Shown piece by piece: positions 7,882-15,838 of a stretch of 21,448 bases of DNA. The notes under the pieces were generated by a model, which was given only the letters and a program-made list of their open reading frames with translations, did no database searches and was not told where the DNA came from. Positions within the stretch are counted from its first letter, which is position 1; each line of letters begins with the position of its first letter. A program made the position numbers and the translations under genes. This DNA comes from a candidate division WOR-3 bacterium (GTDB taxonomy: Bacteria; Hydrothermota; Tepidihabitantia; Tepidihabitantales; Tepidihabitantaceae): positions 1 to 21,448 of the forward strand of contig JBDRUH010000022.1 in the NCBI GenBank assembly GCA_039801225.1. Direction: 5' to 3'.

Positions 7882-9120
7882 CTACTTTCGCACCACAACC
7901 GCCGGCAGTTTTTCGGTTAACCTCTTTTTGGAATACCGATAGTCCAGATAGACCGCATAAATTCCTGATGCTACCAAAGACCCATTATCATTTCTCCCAT
8001 TCCAATAACAGACCCCTTCCTCATCGGGCAGCAAGATATTTGAAGAGAGAACCCTTACGCATCTCCCCCTAAGGTCAAAAACCTTTATCGTCAATTTTCC
8101 CCCTCTTTCGGGCAAATAGAACATAATTGGTAAACTATCATCAAAACCATCGCCATCCGGAGTGAATGTTGAAAAAGCAAGCCTTAAAAACTGAGTTTTT
8201 CCACCCGGGTTGAAGAGAAGATGGGCACAATTGTTTGTCGTGTCCCGGTCATCTAAACAGACAATTTTAACCCAGATTTCGCTTTTTCCCTTGGGTAAGG
8301 TTGTGGTAAGAACAAAGGTTGTTTCCCCTTTTCCCATTAACGGTGGGTTTTCCTGCCGGGCAAAGGTATCACCGAAAGAAAACCAGGCGGTTAGGGTCCA
8401 GGATGGGCTGGCGATAACCCCGTAATTTTTTATCTGGACATTTACCATAAGCGGCTCCGGTGGTCCTGCTTCGGCGTAGGAGAGGCTGGCAACTCCGAGG
8501 TCAAAATAGGTGGAAATTGCATTAGGTCTACCCGGGGTGCCATGCAACAGGGGAGAAATTGCCCAGTTGCCAACCTCATCCGGTCCAAGAAGGTTAATTC
8601 TTTCCCAGGAGAAACCATCACCAGCATTAGCCGGTATGCTGTCGGTATTGTTCCAGGGTGTGCCATAGGTTGATGTGTCGCCATCAGGTGAGGCAAGGAC
8701 TAAAGGGTCATTATTTGCCAGTTCATCGCCAATAGTGGTGTTGCCCGTTGTGAGAATCAATGTTGAATCGCCAAACCGGTAGGGTCGCACATAACCGCCT
8801 GATGCCAGGGTATCGGTGTATTCAAAGTCCAAAATCACCGCATAGCCACCAGGCTTGAGCAAGGTGGAATTGATGACCAAACTCGGATTGTCAGAAAGAA
8901 TTGCGGAGTCCTGCCAGGCGACGATTTTGTCTGTCGCATCACCATCGGTAATGGTATAGTTGGCAAGGTCTATCGTCTCACCACTGGCATTGAACACCTC
9001 CACAAACTCATTCCGGTCCTCAGGCATATGGGCGCCGCTGGTCCCTTTTGGGTTTGCCATCACCTCTGAGATCACCAGTTGGGCAGGGAAGATCAGGGCA
9101 AAAACTACCAAACTCGCCAA
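7882..9120 (-). CDS. Secreted lamin-tail-domain protein with CARDB-like and C-terminal FlgD-Ig/sorting-type domain
   Basis: LVISEVMANP...EFVEVFN...IDL (LTD), GTPGRPN, DTTNN, FTPDGDG, VFDLRGRCVR...WNGRNDNG...SGIY. Start uncertain: TTG 9120 follows the promoter, while the ORF track start is 9231. Confidence 0.8.
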   Translation of the reverse strand: MASLVVFALIFPAQLVISEVMANPKGTSGAHMPEDRNEFVEVFNASGETIDLANYTITDGDATDKIVAWQDSAILSDNPSLVINSTLLKPGGYAVILDFEYTDTLASGGYVRPYRFGDSTLILTTGNTTIGDELANNDPLVLASPDGDTSTYGTPWNNTDSIPANAGDGFSWERINLLGPDEVGNWAISPLLHGTPGRPNAISTYFDLGVASLSYAEAGPPEPLMVNVQIKNYGVIASPSWTLTAWFSFGDTFARQENPPLMGKGETTFVLTTTLPKGKSEIWVKIVCLDDRDTTNNCAHLLFNPGGKTQFLRLAFSTFTPDGDGFDDSLPIMFYLPERGGKLTIKVFDLRGRCVRVLSSNILLPDEEGVCYWNGRNDNGSLVASGIYAVYLDYRYSKKRLTEKLPAVVVRK

Positions 9121-9126
9121 CTCCGA

Positions 9127-9155
9127 AGAATAAACCGGGCAAAGAAAGAAGTCAA
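9127..9155 (-). promoter_or_regulatory. Sigma70-type promoter for the LTD gene
   Basis: TTGACT (9155-9150), 17-nt spacer, TATTCT (9132-9127). In-frame TTG lies 6 nt downstream. Confidence 0.65.
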
Positions 9156-9325
9156 CTAAACACCACAAAGGGCATCTAAGACTTTCGTATTTAGAAATAA
9201 AACCAGGAACCCGATAATTGGTCTTGACCATAAACGAGTCAGTTATATTATTAATGAAAGGGGCAAATCCTAAAATGCCCTTATAAGGTAAAATAAAGGG
9301 AATAAGTAATTTTAAGGTAACGCAC

Positions 9326-10477
9326 TTGAGCGGTCGTATTCGGATAGCGCTTGATGCTCGCCGGGCTGTGCGGCGAATGACCGGTATCGGAAGATATGTT
9401 CTTCACTTGGCGCGGTATTTGCCGGGGCTCGGTCCTGAGTTCAGGTTTGATTTGCTGGTTGACCGACCATTGCCTTCTGATATGCTTCCCGAAGGTTGCC
9501 GGCAGGTGGTCTTAGGAAGATATGTTGGTGATGGCACACCTGCTGCCCGATTTTACTCCCCATTCTGGTTGAACATTTGTGTCCCTCGGTATCTTGCCCA
9601 AGAGGGTGTGGCGCTTTTCCACGGAACCAATTTTGTAATTCCACTACGAACAGAATGCAAGGTGGTGGCAACATTACACGACCTTGCTTTCATCCGTATT
9701 CCTCATGCCTATGGTCCTTTATACAAGCGGTATATGAAGATGCAGGTTAAAATGTCCCTTAACCGGGCAGATGCGGTTATTACCGGCAGCGTTGCCGCCA
9801 AGAAAGACTTGATTGACATCCTTAAAGCCGACCCAAGCCGGATAACGGTAATTTACCACGGCGTCGGTGAGGAGTTTAAAGAACGGGGGGCACACGATGA
9901 GCGCTACCTAAAAGATGTGCGTTCGCGGTTGGAACTACCTCATCGCTACATTCTTTATGTCGGAGTGATTGAGGCGAAAAAAAATATACCCAGTCTATTA
10001 AGAGGCGGTGGTGAAGTTATTCGGTCAGGACTGAGCGATGCGGTGGTGCTGGCCGGTCGGGATGGATTGGGCGCCGGGGCGATTCGGAGGTTTACTAAGG
10101 AGATTGGCTTGGCGGAGCGGGTGCGTTTCTTGGGTTATGTTCCGCAGGAACTACTGCCAGGATTATATGCACTGGCTCAGGTGGTTGTTTTTCCTTCGCT
10201 TTACGAGGGGTTTGGCATGCCGGTCTTAGAAAGTATGGCCTCTGGCGTGCCAGCAATTGTCTCGGGCTTTTCTTCTCTTCCCGAGGTTGGCGGGGATGCG
10301 GCAATTGTCCTCAAGGTGGCTGATGGCGAGGAGATAGCCGAGGCATTAAGACGGTTGCTCAGTGATAACGCCTTATATGAAGAGTTGCGGAGCCGCGGAT
10401 TGGCCCGGGCAAAACAGTTCAGTTGGAAAGAGTCGGCGGCAAAACATATCGCGGTTTACCGAAGGGTTTTGGGGTGA
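9326..10477 (+). CDS. Glycosyltransferase family 4 (group 1, GT-B fold)
   Basis: Motifs TGIGRY, TLHDL, VG.IEAKKN, FPSLYEGFGMPVLESMASGVP, SSLPEV, FSWKESA. Confidence 0.93.
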   Translation: MSGRIRIALDARRAVRRMTGIGRYVLHLARYLPGLGPEFRFDLLVDRPLPSDMLPEGCRQVVLGRYVGDGTPAARFYSPFWLNICVPRYLAQEGVALFHGTNFVIPLRTECKVVATLHDLAFIRIPHAYGPLYKRYMKMQVKMSLNRADAVITGSVAAKKDLIDILKADPSRITVIYHGVGEEFKERGAHDERYLKDVRSRLELPHRYILYVGVIEAKKNIPSLLRGGGEVIRSGLSDAVVLAGRDGLGAGAIRRFTKEIGLAERVRFLGYVPQELLPGLYALAQVVVFPSLYEGFGMPVLESMASGVPAIVSGFSSLPEVGGDAAIVLKVADGEEIAEALRRLLSDNALYEELRSRGLARAKQFSWKESAAKHIAVYRRVLG

Positions 10478-10480
10478 ACT

Positions 10481-11641
10481 TTGTTTGATATAATAGCCAT
10501 TGTTTTTTTCTGGATTCCGGCAGGACTATTATTCTATCACTGGGTCCTTTTCCCGGTTCTCCTTTGGGTTTGGGGGAAAATAAAACCGAGACGATTCCAG
10601 CCTGAGGAGCGGCTGGAGCCTTTTAAGATTAGCGTAGTGATGGCGGTTCATAATGAGGAGGCGATAATAACCGACAAGATGAAAAATCTTCTGGCAATGG
10701 ATTATCCCCGAGATAAATTAGAAATATTAATCGGCTCTGACGATTCCACAGACCGCACTGATGAGATTATCAAATCATTAAACTGTCCACAGGTGCGGTT
10801 AATTCACTATAGTCCCCAGGCTGGGAAGACGGTTGTCCAAAATCGTCTATTAAGAGAGGCAACTGGTGATTTGGTTTTATGCACCGATGCCGATTCCTTT
10901 CTCACCCCGGAGTCAGTAAAACTGATGAGTGAAAATTTCTTAGACTCAAAGGTTGGTGTGGTCAACCCCCGTTACCAACGGGTAAATGAAGATGGTAGTC
11001 CAGCAGAAAGTTTCTATGACCGCTGGGAAACTAAGGTTAAGGAACTGGAAGGAAGGCTCGGCGCTATGGTAGGTTGCAACGCTTATGCCAATATGGTTCG
11101 TAAATCGCTTGCCACTCCAATACCCGACGATACCATTCTGGACGATTTTCTCCTTGGAATCAGACCATTCCGGAAAGGGTATGATGTGGTTATGGAACCT
11201 CGAGCGCTCGTTGTCACTAGGGCAGAAAGCGAACGAGTAGAGTTTCGACGGAAGTCCCGTATCAGTGGTGGAAATCTGCAGGCGCTTATAAGGTGTTATG
11301 ACCTCCTTTCCCCTAAATATGGGAAAAAAGCCTGGGTTTATTTTTCCCACAAAGTTTTGCGAATGGTAGTCCCATTTATGTTGCTCAGTATGCTTATTGG
11401 CTCAGCACTTCGGAGTAATCACCCATTTTATATGGTGATGTTTATCGGACAGATACTCAGTTATGCAACAATTCCACTTTTATTCATTTCCCCAGCTCCC
11501 TTCCGTAAACTGCTTGTTGTGCAGTATTACTTCTACATCAACATCGGTCTTGTTATTGGTTACTGGCAGTATTTATTCCGGCGGGAGCGTTTCTGGCGTA
11601 AAACCCCGCGCACCGGGGGATTTCCCTTCGGTAAGAGGTAG
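10481..11641 (+). CDS. Glycosyltransferase family 2, membrane-bound
   Basis: N-terminal TM, SVVMAVHNEE, GSDDSTD, GK, TDAD (DxD), LDDF, EFRRKSRI..GNLQ, C-terminal TM helices. Confidence 0.92.
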   Translation: MFDIIAIVFFWIPAGLLFYHWVLFPVLLWVWGKIKPRRFQPEERLEPFKISVVMAVHNEEAIITDKMKNLLAMDYPRDKLEILIGSDDSTDRTDEIIKSLNCPQVRLIHYSPQAGKTVVQNRLLREATGDLVLCTDADSFLTPESVKLMSENFLDSKVGVVNPRYQRVNEDGSPAESFYDRWETKVKELEGRLGAMVGCNAYANMVRKSLATPIPDDTILDDFLLGIRPFRKGYDVVMEPRALVVTRAESERVEFRRKSRISGGNLQALIRCYDLLSPKYGKKAWVYFSHKVLRMVVPFMLLSMLIGSALRSNHPFYMVMFIGQILSYATIPLLFISPAPFRKLLVVQYYFYINIGLVIGYWQYLFRRERFWRKTPRTGGFPFGKR

Positions 11642-11662
11642 GGCATTCTTTTACCCCAACCT

Positions 11663-12841
11663 TTATACCCCTTTCAGCGCCTGGTCAAGGTCGGCGATTA
11701 AGTCCTGGACATCTTCAATCCCTACGGAAAACCGGACTAGTCCGTCGGTTATTCCCGCCGCCTTGCGCAATTCTGGTGCCATTGAGGCGTGGGTCATTGA
11801 TGCCGGGTGCTGAATCAAACTTTCCACACCTCCCAGACTGACCGCTAAAACAAACAGCCGGGTGGCGTCAAGGAGATTGCGCGCCGCCTCAAAGCCACCT
11901 TTCAGTTCAATGGTTATCAAGCCCCCCGGACCGGACATCTGCCTTATTGCCAGTTCAAACTGGGGATGGCTGGGAAGAAAAGGATACCGCACCCACTTGA
12001 CCTTGGGGTGAGCCTCAAGAAATTGGGCAACCTGCTGGGCGTTTTCGCAGTGACGCTGCATCCGCACGGCAAGGGTTTTGATTCCCCGCAAAACCAAAAA
12101 AGCCTCAAACGGTGCCATCACCCCGCCAAAATGATTGAGTGTCTTCCGCAGCCGTTGGTAATCCTTTTCCTCCTTGACGATAATCGCGCCCCCAACAACA
12201 TCGGCGTGTCCGTTAAGGAACTTTGTAAGGGAGTGGACAACAATATCGGCACCCAGCCTTAATGGCTGCTGCAGGATTGGCGTGGCGAAGGTGTTATCCA
12301 CCACCAAGAGGGCGTTGTGTTTGTGGCACAATTCCGCAATGGCGTTAATATCACAGATAACCAGAGTTGGGTTGCCCGGGGTTTCTATGAATACCAGCCG
12401 GGTATTCGGTAAAAATGCGCCTGCTACCGCTGATAAGTCCGAGGCTTCCACAAAAGTTGTCTTTATCCCCATTCGGGCGAAGTAGTCCTGGAATAAAGTG
12501 GTGGTAGGTCCGTAAACCGACTTGGCGCATATCACATTGTCCCCAGCCGAACAGAAACCACTAATAACCGTCTGAATCGCCGCCATACCTGATGCGGTCG
12601 CCAGAGATTTCTTTCCTCCTTCCAATTGTGCTAAGCAGTTTTCCAAAAGTTCTACCGTAGGGTTAAGCATTCTTGAGTAGATATAGCCCGAGGTTTTCCC
12701 GGCAAATAGGTCGGCACCGTGCTGGAAATTACGGAAGCGAAAGGTGGATGTGGCATAGACCGGGCAGACCACCGGACCCTCGGCAATATCAGGCGAACTG
12801 GCATGGACACACAGCGTCTTAATATTAAGGTTTTCCTTCAT
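11663..12841 (-). CDS. PLP-dependent trans-sulfuration enzyme (methionine gamma-lyase / cystathionine gamma-lyase family)
   Basis: Motifs YIYSRMLNPT, ASGMAA, ETPGNP, VDNTF, HSLTKFLNGH (PLP lysine), AVSLGGVESL, GLVRFSVGIE. Start placed at ATG 12841 after SD AAGGAG. Confidence 0.92.
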   Translation of the reverse strand: MKENLNIKTLCVHASSPDIAEGPVVCPVYATSTFRFRNFQHGADLFAGKTSGYIYSRMLNPTVELLENCLAQLEGGKKSLATASGMAAIQTVISGFCSAGDNVICAKSVYGPTTTLFQDYFARMGIKTTFVEASDLSAVAGAFLPNTRLVFIETPGNPTLVICDINAIAELCHKHNALLVVDNTFATPILQQPLRLGADIVVHSLTKFLNGHADVVGGAIIVKEEKDYQRLRKTLNHFGGVMAPFEAFLVLRGIKTLAVRMQRHCENAQQVAQFLEAHPKVKWVRYPFLPSHPQFELAIRQMSGPGGLITIELKGGFEAARNLLDATRLFVLAVSLGGVESLIQHPASMTHASMAPELRKAAGITDGLVRFSVGIEDVQDLIADLDQALKGV

Positions 12842-12864
12842 TGTGCTTGTCTCCTTTTTCTTAT

Positions 12865-12932
12865 AGAATGCCCAACGCCTTCGTTTTGTCAATATTATTC
12901 CACTTGACTTGTATTCACTGGCTTTCTATTAT
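12865..12932. promoter_or_regulatory. Back-to-back divergent sigma70 promoters
   Basis: Minus: TTGACA (12892-12887) with CATTCT 16 nt later. Plus: TTGACT (12904-12909), 17-nt spacer, TATTAT (12927-12932). Confidence 0.6.
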
Positions 12933-12938
12933 TCGCTC

Positions 12939-13652
12939 GTGCAGGCGAGCCTTTTCCTCTTGGTTTTTGAGCTAAGTCGGCTGTCGGCTGCCGGCTGCCG
13001 GCTGGAGTATGAGATTAAATATGGACCGATGGTCTTGGGTTCAATGGTTCTTGAAGAACTGCCGGCGGAGACACTGGCGGAGATTGAGTGTTACCATTTC
13101 CGTGCCCAACTCCAATTTGATGGCCCGCTCTCCTTTCTCTTCTGGGCAAATTACTTCATAGAAAGCTGGTGTGAGAAAAAAAATATGCTCACCGTCCGTT
13201 CTTATAAAAAAACTATAGAGAAAAACTATCGGGCGGAGTGGAGCGCCATTTACGAGCCAGGAGTAGTGTCCTATTCTGACGGCAGTAGTTATCCCTTACC
13301 CGATTCTGCCCGGGATATGCTCACCCTCTGGTTCTTTCTCCGCACCTTAAACTGGGAAGGTGGCAAGGAAAAGGTGCTATATGCCCATATAGACCGGCGG
13401 AACTGGCAGGTCTCTTTTGCCCTTAAAGGGAAACAGATTGTGCGCACCCCGGCCGGTAAGTTTCACTGCTTAGTGGTCGCGCCCAGAACCTCAGGACCAT
13501 TGGGCACGGTGTTTATTTCTGATGATGCAAGACGGTTGCCGGTGGTAATTCGCACCCGGGTGGGTGGTTTTCCTATTACCGCCTATCTTACTGCCGACAA
13601 CAGTCCGCCGAGAGCGGTCAGTCGACCTAAGTTTCCCGAGGAGGGGCAATGA
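12939..13652 (+). CDS. DUF3108-like exported protein
   Basis: Hydrophobic N-terminus, LEYEIKYG, DMLT, VRTPAGKFHC, FISDDARRLPV. GTG start 6 nt after the -10 box, ATGA overlap with manC. Confidence 0.7.
   Translation: MQASLFLLVFELSRLSAAGCRLEYEIKYGPMVLGSMVLEELPAETLAEIECYHFRAQLQFDGPLSFLFWANYFIESWCEKKNMLTVRSYKKTIEKNYRAEWSAIYEPGVVSYSDGSSYPLPDSARDMLTLWFFLRTLNWEGGKEKVLYAHIDRRNWQVSFALKGKQIVRTPAGKFHCLVVAPRTSGPLGTVFISDDARRLPVVIRTRVGGFPITAYLTADNSPPRAVSRPKFPEEGQ
12979..13006 (+). repeat. In-frame heptamer repeat in the DUF3108-like gene
   Basis: GGCTGTC GGCTGCC GGCTGCC GGCTGGA, encoding RLSAAGCRLE. Confidence 0.8.
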
Positions 13653-14722
13653 ATTTATATGCGGTTTTACTCTGTGGTGGCAAGGGTGAGCGTTTCTGGC
13701 CCAAGAGCCGGTCCAATCTCCCCAAGCAGTTTGTTACTTTGTTCGGGGGAAAATCCCTACTGGAGATGACCAGCGAACGAATTAAAGAACTGTGTCCAGT
13801 GTCCCGGCAGTTGTTTGTTGCCCATCAGCGGTTTGCCAAATTACTTATTAGGGAGTTAAAGGCAAAACAAAAAAACCTTATTCTTGAACCTGCCAGGAAA
13901 GATACCGCACCGGCGATTGGACTCTCAGCAGTTATTCTTTCTCGCCGCGACCCGGAGGCGATAATGGTTGTTCTCCCGGCCGACCATATCATCACTCCAA
14001 AGCGAAAATTCTTATCCGCAGTTAAGGTAGCGGCGGTTCTGGCACAAAAGGGTTACTTGGTTACCTTTGGCGTGGTGCCGACGCGCGCCGATACCGGCTA
14101 TGGCTACATCCAATACGGTGAAGAGGTCTATCGCCAGGGCAAAATATGTGGCTACCGGGTTTTAGAATTTAAAGAGAAACCGGACTTAAAAACCGCTGAA
14201 CAGTATCTCAAGAGTGGCAATTACCTCTGGAACTCCGGGATGTTTGTCTGGCGAGTGGATATGATTCTTGAGGCTTTCCACCGGTATATGCCCCAATTTT
14301 ACCAGTCGCTATTATCTTTCTCCCAGACTCTTGGTTCCCAAAGAGAAAAGATGGCAATAAAACGGCTCTATCAGAAAGCGCCTGCCATATCAATTGACTA
14401 CGGTGTGATGGAGAAGGCGGAGAATGTCTGTGTGGTTCGGGCACCCTTCATTTGGGACGATGTCGGAGGATGGCTGGCACTGGCAAGGCACTTTCCGCAA
14501 GACCAAAACGGCAATGTTGTTAAAGGGCTCTGGTTTGGGAAAAACACTAAAGACTGCATCTGCTACGCCGATCAGGGGGTGCTCGCTACCTTAGGCATAA
14601 CCGGTTTGGTGATAGTCCGCAGTGGCGATGCGGTTATGGTGGCGGAGAAAAATGCCCTCAGCCAATTAAAAGACCTCCTCACCGAAATAGCACAAGACCG
14701 CCAGGGCAGAAAATTTCTATGA
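13649..14722 (+). CDS. manC: Mannose-1-phosphate guanylyltransferase (monofunctional)
   Basis: Motifs GGKGERFWPKSR..LPKQF, EPARKDTAPAI, LPADH, TGYGYI, FKEKP, WNSGMF, SIDYGVME, WDDVGGW. No cupin isomerase domain. Confidence 0.93.
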   Translation: MNLYAVLLCGGKGERFWPKSRSNLPKQFVTLFGGKSLLEMTSERIKELCPVSRQLFVAHQRFAKLLIRELKAKQKNLILEPARKDTAPAIGLSAVILSRRDPEAIMVVLPADHIITPKRKFLSAVKVAAVLAQKGYLVTFGVVPTRADTGYGYIQYGEEVYRQGKICGYRVLEFKEKPDLKTAEQYLKSGNYLWNSGMFVWRVDMILEAFHRYMPQFYQSLLSFSQTLGSQREKMAIKRLYQKAPAISIDYGVMEKAENVCVVRAPFIWDDVGGWLALARHFPQDQNGNVVKGLWFGKNTKDCICYADQGVLATLGITGLVIVRSGDAVMVAEKNALSQLKDLLTEIAQDRQGRKFL

Positions 14723-15375
14723 GAGTGATTCTGGCTACCCACAACAAAGACAAGGCAAACGAATTAAGCCAAATTCTTAATCTCCTCTTGAACGGCTGTC
14801 GGCTGACGGCTGACGGCTGTCGGCTGACGGCTGTCGGCTGGGAAGTTCTCATCATTAATGACCTCTGTCCGGACTTAAAAATAGTTGAGGATGGCACAAC
14901 ATATGCCGAGAACGCCCAAAAAAAGGCGCGGGCAGTGTTTACCGCTCTCCGGGCTAAATCCTTAATAGATGAACAGTCAATAGTGCTGGGTGAAGACTCC
15001 GGTCTGGAGGTTGATGCGCTTGGTGGCAAACCGGGTGTGATGTCGGCACGGTTTGGTGGTGATGAAGCCACCGCCTATGAACGCAATCGCCAACTCTTGG
15101 AGATGATGATCGCAGTCCCGGAAGAACTGCGCACTGCCCGATTCCGCTGTGTGATATGCCTGATTCACTCTACCGGTTCGGAAAAGATCTTTTCTGGGAT
15201 GTGTGAAGGGAAAATCGCCCACACTATTCGCGGCACTTCTGGGTTCGGTTATGACCCAATTTTTATTCCTGATGGCTATACCCAGACGTTTGCCGAATTG
15301 GGGCAAACGGTGAAAAATAAAATCAGCCATCGGGCAAGGGCGATGCAACAGGTTATTGAGTATTTCATTAGATAG
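14719..15375 (+). CDS. rdgB: RdgB/HAM1 non-canonical purine NTP pyrophosphatase with repeat-derived insertion
   Basis: Motifs LATHNKDK, EDGTTYAENA.KKA, EDSGLEVDALGGKPGVMSARF, GFGYDPIF, KNKISHR. Confidence 0.95.
   Translation: MRVILATHNKDKANELSQILNLLLNGCRLTADGCRLTAVGWEVLIINDLCPDLKIVEDGTTYAENAQKKARAVFTALRAKSLIDEQSIVLGEDSGLEVDALGGKPGVMSARFGGDEATAYERNRQLLEMMIAVPEELRTARFRCVICLIHSTGSEKIFSGMCEGKIAHTIRGTSGFGYDPIFIPDGYTQTFAELGQTVKNKISHRARAMQQVIEYFIR
14794..14840 (+). repeat. In-frame heptamer tandem repeat inside rdgB
   Basis: GGCTGTC GGCTGAC GGCTGAC GGCTGTC GGCTGAC GGCTGTC GGCTG: six full units (42 nt), encoding GCRLTADGCRLTAVG. Confidence 0.93.
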
Positions 15376-15407
15376 CAGACAGCCACTAACCTCGGAGCGA
15401 CGCATTA

Positions 15408-15436
15408 TTGAAATTGGACCGTTTATGAGTTATACT
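15408..15436 (+). promoter_or_regulatory. Sigma70-type promoter for tRNA pair
   Basis: TTGAAA, 17-nt spacer, TATACT, ending 9 nt before tRNA-Pro. Confidence 0.7.
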
Positions 15437-15445
15437 TGTCCATAC

Positions 15446-15519
15446 CGGGGAGTAGCGCAGTTGGTTAGCGCACCACGCTTGGGACGTGGGGGTCGCCCGT
15501 TCAAATCGGGTCTCCCCGA
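15446..15519 (+). tRNA. tRNA-Pro (anticodon UGG)
   Basis: Acceptor CGGGGAG/CTCCCCG, D stem GCGC/GCGC, anticodon arm CCACG-CTTGGGA-CGTGG, T loop TTCAAAT. No encoded CCA. Confidence 0.96.
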
Positions 15520-15520
15520 T

Positions 15521-15594
15521 GCGCCTGTAGCTCAGGAGGATAGAGCATCGGATTTCTAATCCGATGGTCGGGGGTTCGAATCCCTCCAGGCGCG
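15521..15594 (+). tRNA. tRNA-Arg (anticodon UCU)
   Basis: Acceptor GCGCCTG/CAGGCGC, D stem GCTC/GAGC, anticodon arm TCGGA-TTTCTAA-TCCGA, T loop TTCGAAT. No encoded CCA. Confidence 0.96.
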
Positions 15595-15646
15595 CTAACC
15601 ATCCACTAAACATCGAACACCACAGTTGCTTTCATTCAGCATTCCA

Positions 15647-15695
15647 TCATTGCGAACCCTCTCATCCCCCGTTTCCTTGCTCCGCTCGGAATGGA
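15647..15695. repeat. Degenerate REP-like palindromic element
   Basis: TCATTGCGA...GCTCCGCTCGGAATGG. Positions 15679-15693 are the exact reverse complement of 18713-18727. Confidence 0.55.
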
Positions 15696-15803
15696 GTATT
15701 CTGCCTTTCCCCCTCATAAACTCAAAACCGTCAATATGACACTTTCCCTGAATAATTTGCCTATAACATTATCGCTGAATATTCACAGCTAAATAGGTTT
15801 AAC

Positions 15804-15832
15804 TTGACAACAGAGACAATTTCCAGTAATTT
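15804..15832 (+). promoter_or_regulatory. Sigma70-type promoter for the porV-like gene, probably leaderless
   Basis: TTGACA, 17-nt spacer, TAATTT. ATG lies 6 nt downstream, no SD. Confidence 0.65.
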
Positions 15833-15838
15833 AGCATA

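Noticed and set aside
12888..12908. GTCAA-N11-TTGAC palindrome as a transcription factor operator
   Set aside because: Fully explained by the -35 boxes of two divergent promoters.
14794..14840. Possible CRISPR array
   Set aside because: Units are 7 bp and directly tandem, with no spacers and no cas genes.
14679..15071. Antisense 130-aa ORF with AVSRQP repeats
   Set aside because: Shadow of rdgB; the periodic peptide is just the heptamer read on the other strand.
15356..15613. Short ORFs on both strands
   Set aside because: They overlap the two tRNA genes.
15595..15803. Prophage or island integration at the tRNA 3' end
   Set aside because: No integrase and no duplicated tRNA 3' fragment in the window; downstream genes are housekeeping.
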